NCBI RefSeq assembly: GCF_001194135.2
Contig: NC_068988.1
Coordinates: 15,885,999 to 15,933,637 of the forward strand
Length of the DNA stretch: 47,639 nt
Direction of reading: 5' to 3'
From: Octopus bimaculoides
Taxonomy: Eukaryota
Shown: piece after piece, positions 10,815 through 23,319 of the stretch
Position numbering within the stretch: the first letter of the stretch is position 1
Layout: each line of letters begins with the position of its first letter
Notes under the pieces: generated by a model
Told to the model about the DNA's origin: nothing
Databases searched by the model: none
Seen by the model: only the letters and a program-made list of their open reading frames with translations
Translations under genes and position numbers: made by a program

Positions 10815-11460
10815 GAATACAAAAGCACAGTGCAAAAACACAAAGCTACAGAGTACGAATATGATGATACAGTGCAAAAATATAATGGTACAATACAAAA
10901 AGACAATGATACAAAAATATAATGGTACAATACAAAAATGTAATGAAGTAATACAAAAATACAATGGGACAAGACATCGGATGACTCTATTCAAAACTGC
11001 AAAGTTGCTTATCAAAAATAAAATATTTCAATACAAAAATGCAATGATAGTATACAAAAATATTATGGAACAGGACAAAATGTAATGACGCTATACAAAA
11101 ATACAATGGGGGTACGACAAAATTATAATGGTATAGAACAAAAATTTAATGGGACAAGACAAAATGCAATTTAACTAGAAGCAAAAATATAGAACAGGAC
11201 AAAAGTGCAAAATCACAATGGTTCAGAACAGAAATATAATGATACTATTCAAAAATACAAAAGAACAGGACAAAAATGTAATGATGTACAAAATTACAAG
11301 GATGCAGTATAAAAATGCACTGACTCCTATACAAAAGTACGATGTTATAAGACTAAATTGTAATGGTACAGAACAAAAGTACTATGGAATTGGACAAAAA
11401 TGCAGTGATAGTATAGAAAAGTATAATGGAACAAGATATGTACAAAAGATTGATGGTACA
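10815..11460. repeat. Degenerate 21-bp tandem array, about 30 units
   Basis: CAAAA motif recurs at 10875, 10896, 10933, 10954, 10992, 11013, 11034, 11055, 11076, 11096, 11118, 11139 and 11160. Confidence 0.85.
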
Positions 11461-11547
11461 CTTTGGGTGTTCTGTCATCTACACATCCTGTAATCAGACT
11501 TTAAAATATATGTTGAGATCATTGCCAGTAATACATGTACAGCTTCA

Positions 11548-11755
11548 AAACGGCGAGCTGCTAGAATCGTTAGCATGCCGGACAAAATGCTTAGCTTCTT
11601 AGCAGCATTTCGTTCATGTCTACTTCCTGAGTTCAAATTCCGCTGGGGTTGACTTTGCTTTCATCAATTCGGGGTCAATAGAACAAGCGCCAGTTGAGGA
11701 CTCGGGTCGATTTAATCGACCAAACCTGCTGGTCTTGTGCCAAAATTTGAAACTA
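11548..11755 (+). mobile_element. Family C SINE copy
   Basis: CGGCGAGCTGCTAGAATCGTTAGCATGCCGGACAAAATGCTTAGC head and TGCTGGTCTTGTGCC end. Confidence 0.82.
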
Positions 11756-12711
11756 ATATATATACAGTCTTTCTATCATTTGTCCTCTTCCTCTTTCTCT
11801 ACCTTTGAATTATAGTAATGAATGAACTTGTAACTTTCTACCGTTGTCTTCAAGCTGTATACTTAAATAGACACTTTATTCCTAGATTTATATTTATTCT
11901 ACCGTCTGAAAATTTTAAAACGTTATGTTTGCAAGATTATCACAATTCCTCTTGCTCGGGGCACCAGTGACCCAAGAGCCGACCTCCTCAATGAACGAGA
12001 GTTTTGGAAATAACGAATAAATTGAATTGCTGTGAGGAAGTGTAATAAGCTAAGCGTTTCTGGTTGTTGCCCTTGAACAGAAAATAGAAGGCGACGAGGT
12101 TGCTTTTCTGGGCCAGCCAGCAAAGATCAGAGAAAGTATCATCTATGATATTTACCAGGCGATGTCGTCAATATTAAAAAGTTCGGAATTACTGAAAACT
12201 CAATCAATACTAATAGCACTGACCGTCCTTTGCTTGGCCACGCCATATATATAATACCAAGTAATTCTATATATCACCATATGTCATATATAGAATTACT
12301 CGTATGTTATATCTGTATTCAATTGATGGTCAAACATTGTTAGTGGTAACATTTATATTTATTGCAAATCTACTAACGAAAATTTTATTTTACTTTAATT
12401 GAATCTAGTAAATGTATCTAGTTTGAAAATAATACTCATCTCAGTATTTTGTATAAGTACCATGAGATTTGAAATCAGTAAAATTATAATTGTTGTACCT
12501 ATTTAACATTACCTGATACTACCCATAGTGTCGAAACTACATTTCCAACATGGAAGTGGGGAGCCAGTGGTAGGTGAGGTGTCTTGAAAAGGAATTGGCA
12601 AGACCCTACCTATGGTACTGTTCCACTCTGAGACCCCATATTCCATAGTAAAGTAGTATTTAACTGTGATGTGTACTATGCAGAAATGAGGGTAAGAAGG
12701 TTATATAGTTA

Positions 12712-12785
12712 TTGTTGCTGATCCCCAGGTGAGCCCTGTTAGAGCGTGCCTATGATCGAAAACATTCCAAATATGGCCATCAACT
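12712..12785 (+). repeat. Short interspersed repeat fragment, related copies near 960-1030 and 6310-6370
   Basis: Shared CCCCAGGT..G..CTG..GAGC..ACCTA(T)GAT..AA..CATTCC pattern, diverged. Confidence 0.45.
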
Positions 12786-13552
12786 GATATGAATATCATT
12801 GACTACGTTGTTCAATGTTTCACTTCGTGTTGTTTTTTTTCTGTTTTGCAAGTCGAAAGCCTGTGATTTGAGAGGTATTTGTCTGTTATTTGTAATAAGT
12901 CGAGTAACCATATAGAAACTTCTTTGAGTGCTAAAACTGACCTTGCGACAACATTTGAAACAATTATAGGTAGGCTCGTAGTTAAGAAGTTCTCTTAGCA
13001 GACATCTGGTTATCGGCCCTCTCTTATTGGCTCATTGGGTGTTTGTAAGTTCTGGTGTTGGCCACACTGGAGCTGGACAAAACGGTCCCGATCGGAATAC
13101 GACCGTTCATGTTTCTATACACATATATTTTGTACCGTTCATCCCAGAGTAGAGTAAAGTTAGCGGGCTGGCGGGGAGGGGGGAGTGGTCAACGTGGTCA
13201 ACTACTGTTTCTGCTAATTTTTCGTGTGTTTTAGCTTTGTGCTAATCTGCGCTGTGTGTGTGTATGTGCGCATATGTGTGGGGGTTAATTAGTGTTTTTT
13301 TAAATTATGGTATTGAAGTAATGTCTCGGTTGTTATAGACTTGTCTGTGTCTGTGTTATTTTTGGTGGGTTGGGCGTGGTTTTTCAACTAGGGTAGGGAC
13401 TGTTAGGGGGGGGGGTGTAGTAAACTGCCGTCATAAACTGTGTTCTTCATCCTCGCAATAAGTCTTAAATATTTGTATTATAGTTTTGTTTGCCGATAAA
13501 GTGCGTGTATGAGTGCCATACGTTGTACGAGTGTGCTGCTTGTGATAATATA

Positions 13553-13586
<34 letters not shown>

Positions 13587-14269
13587 TATGCGTACTGCTT
13601 GTGATGATAACTGTACATTCGAAGTATACGTACTGCCTGTGAAAATAGACACACACACGCACACACACACACATATAGTGTATGTTGTCAAAGTGTGTTT
13701 GTAGTTCATATACAGCCTCTGATGATATAAAATGCGCTATTTTGCGATCTTTGTAGTTTGTTGTGATTGATTTATTGGAGAAAGATTAGAGAGCAGCAGC
13801 AGCAGTCAGGACTAGAAATATCCATGTTGGATGTAATAAATTGTTTGTCTAACTAGTATGGATGTTTTGTTTGGTTTGGTCTTGCCAAATGTAGTGTCTG
13901 TCAGTGCTTTTATGTTTTACAGATATTGTAGGTTATTCTTAGTATGTTTTATGTATTAGGAAGCTCGGATTAACTATTAAACAATAAAAGCACATACTTA
14001 GAGCAACAAGGGAAGGGAGATCACGAAAAAGTTTCCTTTTTTCCAGTACTAGATTTACTGTTGTACTAATGATAAATTATAATAGTATTTCTTTTTTTTT
14101 AATGAATAAAGAAGTGTTTGAACATTTGCCATTTTCCTGCTGCCCTAGTTATAAGTAAATCATTCGATTATATTGATTACTACTATAAATAAAATTTGAA
14201 ACAAAAAAAAAAAAATTAAATTTGATATAATTGTGGACTTTGGTCAGACTTATGGTTTAAAGAAAACTC

Positions 14270-14430
14270 AAATGGCTCATAATCTTAATGTAGTGGGTTC
14301 AAATCTTGGGTCGGATGGCTCGCTGTGTCCTTGAGAAAGGCTCCTTATATTCCGTTACTCCAGTCTAGTCAACTGCAATGAGTATCATCAGATGCGTGCT
14401 GCTGTAGCCTTCTTACCCTGGGTATATGCC
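14270..14430 (+). mobile_element. Diverged family D SINE head and CORE-like segment
   Basis: GGGTTCAAATC..GCTGTGTCCTTGAGAAAGGC..ACTCCAGTCTAGTCAACTG. Confidence 0.55.
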
Positions 14431-14584
14431 AATGGGTCATAGGTGACGAGACTGAGGTGTCTGTCTTCACACAACAACTTACGTACCTAAAACTATTAGC
14501 GAAAGCATGCTATTCATTGATGATTCCTCGCGAGTGACGGTCGACTGTACTTTATTTCGCATTCGACACTATTTATGGGGTGGG

Positions 14585-14802
14585 GGGTGGGGGGTGGAAG
14601 TCCTGTTCATGGGTAAAAGAAAATACAAGAGGATCAGTTAATCATTATTTTATTCAACACATTCCCCTCTCAGATTCACACACTTATTGCAGCGGTCCTT
14701 CAGTTTTTCTAAGCCCTGTAAAAGAACTCGGAAATTTGGGCCTCCAACTAGGCCTTTCGCGACATCCTTAAAGTCAAAAATTTTTCGACACCCCCTCGCA
14801 TA
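14585..14802 (-). mobile_element. Mariner-derived MITE retaining the transposase C-terminal codons
   Basis: Minus frame LLQGLEKLKDRCNKCVNLRGECVE* matches the mariner C-terminal GI.KL..RW.KC....G.YVE motif; degenerate GGGGGTG..AA.TT/..CACCCCCTCG ends. Confidence 0.75.
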
Positions 14803-15569
14803 TTGCAATATTTTTGCAGTTAGACAATGGCAAGGCCGAGGAGTAATCATTGAAGGGTAGTGCTTAGGGTATCAATTAACCTTAATCCAGCTGTAGTGAG
14901 AAGTGAGCCAAACGTTTCATTGGTGAAAAACAATATAGGCCCACGGAAAAACTATTGCGAACGCGGTTATAGTGTTTATTTATTGACAGTAGCCTTAGAA
15001 TACATAGATTAACACATAGTTCCTAGACCCGTGGCACGCTTCTCTACTCGGCCTGTCAATGCGCTACTTTCAAGACGACGCAGCTTCGTTGCTCCGTTGA
15101 TCTTTTGCCATAGGATGGCTTAGTAAAAAATTAATAAGAACTGCAAAATAAACTGCCATATCTGATAAAGTCCATCAAATGTTGTACGGGTGCGAATGAT
15201 GCCGGGTATATCTGGTGACTAGCTGAGTATTATATGTTGCTGGGTAGCAATCATCGTCTGCATTTACTTCCAATTGAGATCTCGGCCGGGTAGTATTCGG
15301 ATAGCATTAATAATGTCAGTATAAAGCGAAAAAACTGGGAGGTATAGAAGAGAAGTGTCGGGTGAAAACCAGAGTATCGGGTAGTTCCAGGCGAATAGAG
15401 TAAATTTGAGTAGTGCCAAGTGCTGTCTATTGGTGTCGGATGGGTTGAAAGGGGTGTCATTGATTTTTCTCTTTATTAATAATACCATCGATTTCATTTG
15501 CTTTGATGGACTTTGGTGGTTTCGGTGATTTAAAACAGTGTTTTGATTCTATTATTGCTATTGCAACAT

Positions 15570-15583
15570 AAGAAGCAGCAGAT

Positions 15584-15614
<31 letters not shown>

Positions 15615-17020
15615 AGGTGGTGGTGGTGGTAGTCGTGGTAGTTTGTAATGTTAATGTTAATAGTAGTTAAGTTGGTGCTGTAGCAAGTCATTGTAGTGAT
15701 TGTTTAGGTTGTAGTGTCGGTGGAAATAGTAGGTGTGTGTGTGGAGGGCGGCGGGTGTGGTGGCTGGGTGAAGGTGGTAGTGGTGATTGGGCTGATAATT
15801 GTGATAAGGTAGTTAATAGTGCTGCTGGAGGTGTTGGTGACGAAGATGTTGATAACGATCGTGATGATAATGATGGTGGTGGGGATGCAAGGTGGGGGAC
15901 CACAATGAGGAAGAGGAGGTAATGATGCTTGTAGGGTTTGACGGGGGTGATGGTGGCAGTGGTGGTGATGGTTGTGGTGTTAGGTGGTGCGTTTAAGATG
16001 GGTGACAGTAGTAGTGAAAAGGAGATGATGATGGTGGTGGTGGTGGTGATGATGACGGTGGTGGTGTCATGATGGTGGTAGTCATGGTGGTGGTAGTGGT
16101 AGTGGTGGTGATGATGGCGCTGGTGGCGGTGGTGGTGTCATGATGGTGGTGGTGGTGATGATGGCGGTGGTGGTGATGGCAGTGATAGTGGTGGTGATGG
16201 TGATAGTGATGTTGGTGTTGGTAATGGTGGTGGTGGTGGTGGTGGTGATGATGGTGGTGGTGGTGGTGGTGACGGTGGTAGTGGTAATGGTGATGGCGAT
16301 GGGGGTGATGGTGGTGATGGTGGTGGTGGTGGTGATTGCGGTGGTGGTAATGGTAGTAGTTGTGGTAGTAGTTATAGTAATAGTGGTGGTTGTGGTGATG
16401 TTGGTGATGGTGGTAGTAACTGTGGTGATGGTGGTGGTGGTGGTAGTAGCAGTAGTAGTAATAATGGTGGTAGTAGTGGTGATAATAATAGTAGTAGTAT
16501 TACTGGTAGTGATAGTGATGATGGTGGTGGTGGTAGTAGTAGTAGTAGTAGTGGTGGTGGTGAAAATGCTAACGGTGGTAGAAATGGTGCATGTGATGGA
16601 GGTGGTAGCCGTGGTAGTGTGTGTGGTAATGGTAGGAGTGGTATATGCTGTGGTGGTAGAAGTAGTACTCTTTGTAGAAGTGGCATCTACAGTAGTGGTA
16701 GAAGTAGCAGCGTGAGTGGTAATGGTAGGGGTGGTAGATGCTGTGGGGGTAGAAGTAGTAATGGTAAAAACAATGGTGTTAGTAGCATTGGTAGAAGTGA
16801 TAGTCGTGGTAGAGCTAGTACTTGTTGCAGAGGTGGTAGTTGTGGTAGAAGTAGTAGAGGTGGTACTTCTAGTAGTGGTAGCAGTTGCAGTAAGGATGGT
16901 ATTTATGATGTGATAGAAGTGATAGCTGTTGTCGAGGCAGTATTCATAATAGAAATGGTAGTAACGGTAGAGGTGGTAGTGTGTTAGAAGTGGTAGTTAT
17001 TGTCGTTGTGGTAGGAAAAG
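15570..17020. repeat. Long compound trinucleotide low-complexity tract (GGT/AGT/GAT)
   Basis: Direct reading; continues at 17350-17435 and 17640-17825 between SINE insertions. Confidence 0.9.
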
Positions 17021-17035
17021 GTAAAAGTAAAGAAC

Positions 17036-17350
17036 CCCTTTCGGGAGATTGCACCTAGAATGTTACCCTCCGAGGCACAAGTCCGAGCAAGGTTGTTTAT
17101 AGAAGACCAGCAGTCGCGCATGCACACCAGCCTCTCCTCCCTACGCCACCGATGTTATCCAAGGGAAAGGTAAAGGCTGATACAGCTTGGCACCAGTGAC
17201 ATTATAACTCATCTCTACAGCTGAGTGAACTGAAGTAATATGAAATAAAGTGTCTTGCTCAAGAACACAACAGACAGCCCAATCCAAGAATCGAACTCGC
17301 TACCTCATGATTGTGAGCCTGATACTCTAGCCACTGAGCCATGCGCCTTC
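17036..17350 (-). mobile_element. Family D SINE with a third tail type
   Basis: Head GAAGGCGCATGGCTCAGTGGCTAGAG..GTTCGATTC, then TGTGTTCTTGAGCAAGACACTT, then a tail unrelated to family A. Confidence 0.75.
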
Positions 17351-17438
17351 CTTGTGATAAAAGAGGTAATAATAGAGATGGAAGCTGAAGTAGAATTGTA
17401 GGTCGTGGTGGTAGTGGTAGATAGAAGAAATAGTAATA

Positions 17439-17635
17439 TTGGTTTCGAATTTTGGCACACTGCCAGCAATTTCGGGTGGGAGGTGGAAAGGTGATTACAC
17501 CAACTCCAGTGTTCAACCTCGAAGGGTTGAAACATAAATTCAAATTCAGCGGAATTTGAACTCTGGATGTAAAGTCGAACGAAGTACCGCTAAGGATTTT
17601 TTTCCGGCATGCTAATGATTCTGCCAGTATGCCAC
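17439..17635 (-). mobile_element. Family C SINE copy
   Basis: C motifs in reverse; probable diverged TSD AGAAATAGTAATA (17426-17438) / AGAAGTAGTGATA (17639-17651). Confidence 0.75.
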
Positions 17636-17946
17636 TTCAGAAGTAGTGATAATGACAGAAAAGATAGTTGTTGTAGTTGGAGTGGTAGTTGTGATAGATG
17701 TGGTAGTAACGGTGGAAATGGTGTTAGTATTTGTAGAGAGGGTCCTTGAGATAAAGTCAGTATCCATGGTGACGGTGGTAGTTGTTCTAGTGATAGTAAC
17801 ATGAGATGGTAATATCATTGTTAGTGAGTTTCTGGGAGAAAGAGAACCAGAGTTCTTAAGGCAATGGTAGAAGCATCTGAGAAGAGTTCCTGTTGGATCT
17901 GGTCAAGGAAGAATAGAAGTGAATTTCAAAAGGTATAATATACCCT

Positions 17947-18341
17947 GTGTGGAGGCGCAATGGCCCAGTGGTTAGGGCAGCGGACTCGCGGTCATAGGAT
18001 TGCGGCTTCGATTCCCAGACCGGGCGTTGTGAGTGTTTATTGAGCGAAAACGCCTAAAGCTCCACAAGGCTCCGGCAGAGGATGGTGGCGAACCCTGCTG
18101 TACTCTTTCACCACAACTTTCTCTCACTCTTACTTCCTGTTTCTGTTGTGCCTGTAATTCAAAGGGTCAGCCTTGTCACACTGTGTCACGCTGAATATCC
18201 CCGAGAACTACGTTAAGTGTACACGTGTGTGTGGAGTGCTCAGCCATTTGCACGTTAATTTCATGAGCAGGCTGTTCCGTTGATCGGATCAACTGGAACC
18301 CTCGTCGTCGTAAGCGACGGAGCGCCAACAACAACAACAAC
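17947..18341 (+). mobile_element. Full-length family A SINE
   Basis: TGGCCCAGTGG A-box, TTCGATTCC B-box, (AAC)n tail, 10-bp TSD AATATACCCT at 17937-17946 and 18342-18351. Confidence 0.92.
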
Positions 18342-18644
18342 AATATACCCTATAGTTAACTGGCGTCTTAGAGTGGACAAGTTACAATACCCAAGTTATC
18401 TTGGCTCAGGGACACGCAAGGTACCGTGGCTTTTAATTACCCAAAAGGGATGCAATATAGACTGTAGCACAGAATGTGAAAACAGATGTATCCAGGATTC
18501 ATGACCCGGATGCGGCTCCGCCCTCTCAGAATGTAAGGAGTTAAGGGCCATAACACTTGCAAGAGAGGGAGCTTCTTCTCTGAAGACCCTCTACTGTTTT
18601 GCTTTCCTTAGAGTTTCTTACTACCTAAGTCAATGATATATAGA

Positions 18645-18688
<44 letters not shown>

Positions 18689-19019
18689 AGGGATGTCTTT
18701 CTGATTGAAATAGTGAAAGCTTTGTGTATGGATTAGTAATATCTTTGTGCGTGAGTTATGTGGGCCAATCCACATAAAGATAACACGAACCAACACATAA
18801 TGATAAAGCGAAACCTTTCACAGAAAGATATCTTTATATATAGGCTATGATATCATTCTGCACGGGTTACTGATATCTTTGTGATGTCTAACTCTGTGTG
18901 GATTAGTAATATTTTCTAAAAGTTTTGAGAGTTATATAGCAAAGTGATATATGTGTACGTATGAATGCGTATTTTTTTCTTTTTCTTTTAAGATATTTCT
19001 GCATTACTCAATATTATTA

Positions 19020-19240
19020 AGGCTGCAAGCTGGCAGAATCGTTAGCATGTCAGACAAAATGCTTAACAGCATTTCTTTTGGCTTTTTGTTGTGAGTTCAA
19101 ATTCTGTCGAGGTCAACTGTGCTTTTCATCCTTTCTGGATCAATAACATAAGTACCAGTTGAAATCTGCAGCCGATGTAATCTACTAACTCCTCCCCCAA
19201 AATGTCAGGCCTTCTGCCAATGGTAGAAACGATTATTCAA
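19020..19240 (+). mobile_element. Family C SINE copy
   Basis: GGCTGCAAGCTGGCAGAATCGTTAGCATG head and a C-type body. Confidence 0.78.
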
Positions 19241-19968
19241 TGTTACCTCTTTTTTTAAAAGATAAAGTTGGGCTTAATTCAATAAAGATTTACTTGCTAT
19301 TTCTTGCTAGCCAACCGACCACGTAGATGCTCCCTAGGTAACCGAAATTCGAATACTTGTAGATGTTGGGGGCTGCAGTGATTTCACTCGGCCTTAAATG
19401 TTTTAGACACAAGTTGGTGATTTTGTCAGGCCCCGAGGCATTATTTACGATTGGGTCTGATAGAAGGAAGACAATAACAATCAAGGCCTAAGTCGAAGAT
19501 CCATATTTTTTATTGCTTTGTCTCCACTCTTCTTTGAATTGTTTTGTTTGTAGATCTTAGAAAAATATCTGGTGTTTAAGTGTGGGTTGGGTAAGTCATT
19601 TGAGGTTTTTATTGCAACAAAATATGCGCTGTGATTGTTGTTTTTGTTGATATTACTAATTACTCTATAAATCATTTTACGGCTTTTTTTTTATTGTTTA
19701 TGTTAGATACAAATATTTGCCAGTTTCCAGTTATTTTTATGGTTTATTTTCTTTGTAATTTCCTCGTCGTTTGATACTGATTTTTATGTCTGTTGTGGGC
19801 ACTTTTGCTATGTTCTCTTTGAGATTCTCTTTGTGTTTTATGAGGTTTGCTATTTCTATCGTGTAATTTGGGGATGCATATTTATGTGTGGCATTGTAGA
19901 ATATATTTTCTAGACGTATACTATAGTTGAGTTCTGCAACTTTTCACCAGCGCAGAACCCGACTACAA

Positions 19969-20270
19969 TCATAGCAGTTTCTTGGTGCAGCTGGTTTCCA
20001 TGAGACTGTCGACTGTTTCACTGGAACTGTTCTTAGTATACCACGGTAGTTTCTTGTTGCAAATGGTTTCACTGGGACTGTCGCCATGTCTGTAAAAGTG
20101 TTTATACTCCATTCATTGATACGAGAGTATGCTGTGATGATAGTTATAACGATAATGATTATGAACAATGAAGATGATAATGATGGGAAAGTATTGCGAT
20201 GGAATTTAGAGATTATGTGCTTGCGGTGCAATATTCTTACCTCAGAGCCGCGCCTGCGGCCATACCACAC
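19969..20270 (-). CDS. Candidate two-exon coding segment (20241-20270 and 19969-20089), function unknown
   Basis: CAG|30-nt GC-rich exon|GTAAGA, 151-nt intron ending CACTTTTACAG, joined frame open to TGA. No homology recognised. Confidence 0.25.
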
Positions 20271-21551
20271 CTGCGTTAATTTGTAATATTATTTATATAG
20301 TAGATAATGTAGTACATCATATTATAAAAAAAAACCCAACAAAAAGCAAAAAAAGAAGAGATAGCTTCTGTGTGGTTACTCAGCCTGTTAGAAATAGCCG
20401 GCAAATCTCCCTCACATTACACTCAACCGACTTAAATTATGAATGAGACACAGGATAATGCAGTCTTGTATAACTTCACTATACCTTTGTCTTAAAAAAA
20501 CAGAAAGAAGGGATGGCTACAGACTGGATTCCTTTGGCGGCTGCTATGTTCGGTCTGAATTGACCTTGGGCTAAACAATAGCAGTAAGACCACCACCACC
20601 ACCACCACCACCACCACCACCAACAACAACAACAACGACAACGACGACGACGACGACAGCAACAACAAAAATAACAGCAATAGTTGTTATAAAATGAAAC
20701 CAGAATTACTATAACTTTATACATGCATATTTTAAAAGCCGATCATTGCTCCACATTTGGACTGGTTTATTGTGTTGTTTTATAGCCAGAAAGTTTATGG
20801 CGATGGCAGCAGTGAGACAGACAAGATGGTCTCGTTAATTATTTGGTAGTTTTGATTACTTGTGATTTATAATTAGTGATGGACGATGTAGTTTTGTAGT
20901 TCTGTAGCTAGCCAATCCTTGTCCTCTCTGCTTCAGTGGATATTTAACATAAAAGTAACTAATCAAGGAATATATCCACTCAGTCTTCCGGTTTATAACT
21001 TAAGACAAGCTTAATGAGATGAACTGTAAGTGCGTATTATTATATATGACTCGGCCATCCAATTATTTGGATGGTAGTGAACGTGTACAGCTTATTGATT
21101 TATCATTTTAAAACACGGTGTCTAAGTAGTATAGAAGGGACATAGTGAGTTTATATGTAGCCTGTATATAACTGGTACTAAAAGTTAAAGTCTTTAAAAA
21201 TGTTCTAAGTGATTTAAATTCAGAAATTATAAGGCTGAAACTAAACACTGTAAAGTATTTTATACAGTTATCTGCTACGTTGAACACTAGACCACATGAG
21301 TTAACGAGGAGAGGGTACTCCGAAGCTGCTGGTACGGCTAAAAGTGCAACTAAATATCTTCACTAGTTATTTCCATACTTGTGATGCATGAATGATTTGA
21401 CCTCGGACATATGATCTTCATTTGATTTTTTTTATTAACAATCTTTTAAAATAAAAGAAATATTGCTTTTTATATTACGTTCACGTCTTTCAAAGATTTT
21501 AATATTTTTATTTCCGGTTTTCTAGTGTCAGAGACGTAACATACCTCTTTA

Positions 21552-21614
<63 letters not shown>

Positions 21615-22801
21615 NNNNNNNNNNNNNNNNNNNNNNNNNNNNNNNNNNNNNNNNNNNNNNNNNNNNNNNNNNNNNNNNNNNNNNNNNNNNNNNNNNNNNN
21701 NNNNNNNNNNNNNNNNNNNNNNNNNNNNNNNNNNNNNNNNNNNNNNNNNNNNNNNNNNNNNNNNNNNNNNNNNNNNNNNNNNNNNNNNNNNNNNNNNNNN
21801 NNNNNNNNNNNNNNNNNNNNNNNNNNNNNNNNNNNNNNNNNNNNNNNNNNNNNNNNNNNNNNNNTATATATATATATATATCTGTCTATCTCTGTCTATC
21901 TGTAACATATCTCTAACTATATCTCTTGTTTTCACTTTCATTTTACAGACCTTATACTTTTCACTTTCAAATTTCATACGCCATTGTTTAACTTCCATGT
22001 TATTGTTTTCACTGTAAGTCTAAGTATTGAATCGCTATTTACAAACAAACAACGACAAATTACTGACAGAAACCAGTTCACAATTATTGATGTAAGTAAT
22101 TTCATAATTTACTGACAGAAGTATTTTCTTAAATTTCACTTGAATCCGTACGGTTTTGTGTTTACCTGTTGTTGACAGTTTCTTTCTGGTTCCTTCGATA
22201 CTGGCTCGTTGGTTCACTGAGTGACAAATTTCCCTTCAACCCTTACAATACTTTCTTTTCCGTTAAAGTTTCTTATTTACTTTCTGGCCGTCGCATTAAA
22301 AACTACAGATTTTTGCCTCCAAACACAATTTCCATAATCATAACTTTCAAAATTATAGATAGGTTTTAATGAAATTTTCTACGAATATGTGTTCTATCAT
22401 GTCAATTTCGGATATCTAAAATTTTGTGGGATAACTGTTTTAGGAGGGGGTGGGGATTGTCTGAAAATTCACCCGAGTCTACTTCAGTTCGTCTTAACTT
22501 TCAAGAAAATAAGATATTTTTTAATGAAATTCTTTACATTAGATTCACTTCTTTAAAAAGATTTCTCAATATCAACTTCCGGTATCGACATAAACATGGT
22601 GAAGTCTGTCTCTGTTTAAATTTTAATGTTTTCATTTCAAGTTTTAATTTGGTATTTGTAAACAACTAGGATAAATTACTGAAAGAAATATTTACTAAGT
22701 TCACAAATTTAAATATTCGGTACAAGACACTTTTCATTGCTTTTATTTATACGATTTTTTCATTCATTGTTTGCAATATTCTCTCTCTCTCTCTCTCACA
22801 T

Positions 22802-22855
<54 letters not shown>

Positions 22856-23206
22856 CAGCTTTGATTTCATCATTACACAAATGTCACGTAAAAATCTTGC
22901 AATTAAACATGTGGCGCCCAAAATATATGAGCATTATTTTGCTGGAACTCGCACACTTCGTTTATTTATGTAAAAGTTTTTTTTAGTTATTTTCTTTTTC
23001 ACGCCGTCTCCACTTCTATGTATTTACAAGTCACACACGCACACGTGTTTTTGTATATAAGTTTGTATACATTTTTGTATGGTGTGTGTGTGTGTAAGTG
23101 AGCGACGGTGTGTATTGTCATGTATTCGTACATACATAAATACATATGCATACATCTTTTCTGTATGTATGTGTGTGTGTGTGTGAAGGAGAGTGATGTC
23201 TAAGTG

Positions 23207-23258
<52 letters not shown>

Positions 23259-23319
23259 CTCCATTTCATCTGTGGTTTGATATTGTATGTATATGTATCT
23301 GTGTGTGTGTGCGGCCGGC

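Noticed and set aside
10815-11460. CRISPR array
   Set aside because: Eukaryotic context, degenerate repeats, only 6-7 variable bases per unit and no cas genes.
11923-12260. Short open frames on both strands
   Set aside because: No convincing splice sites or recognisable motif.
16140-16715. 191-aa poly-Val ORF
   Set aside because: Translation of a (GTG/GTA/ATG)n tract with no domain features.
17947-18025. tRNA gene
   Set aside because: A and B boxes are present, but there is no acceptor stem and it continues into a SINE body with tail and TSD.
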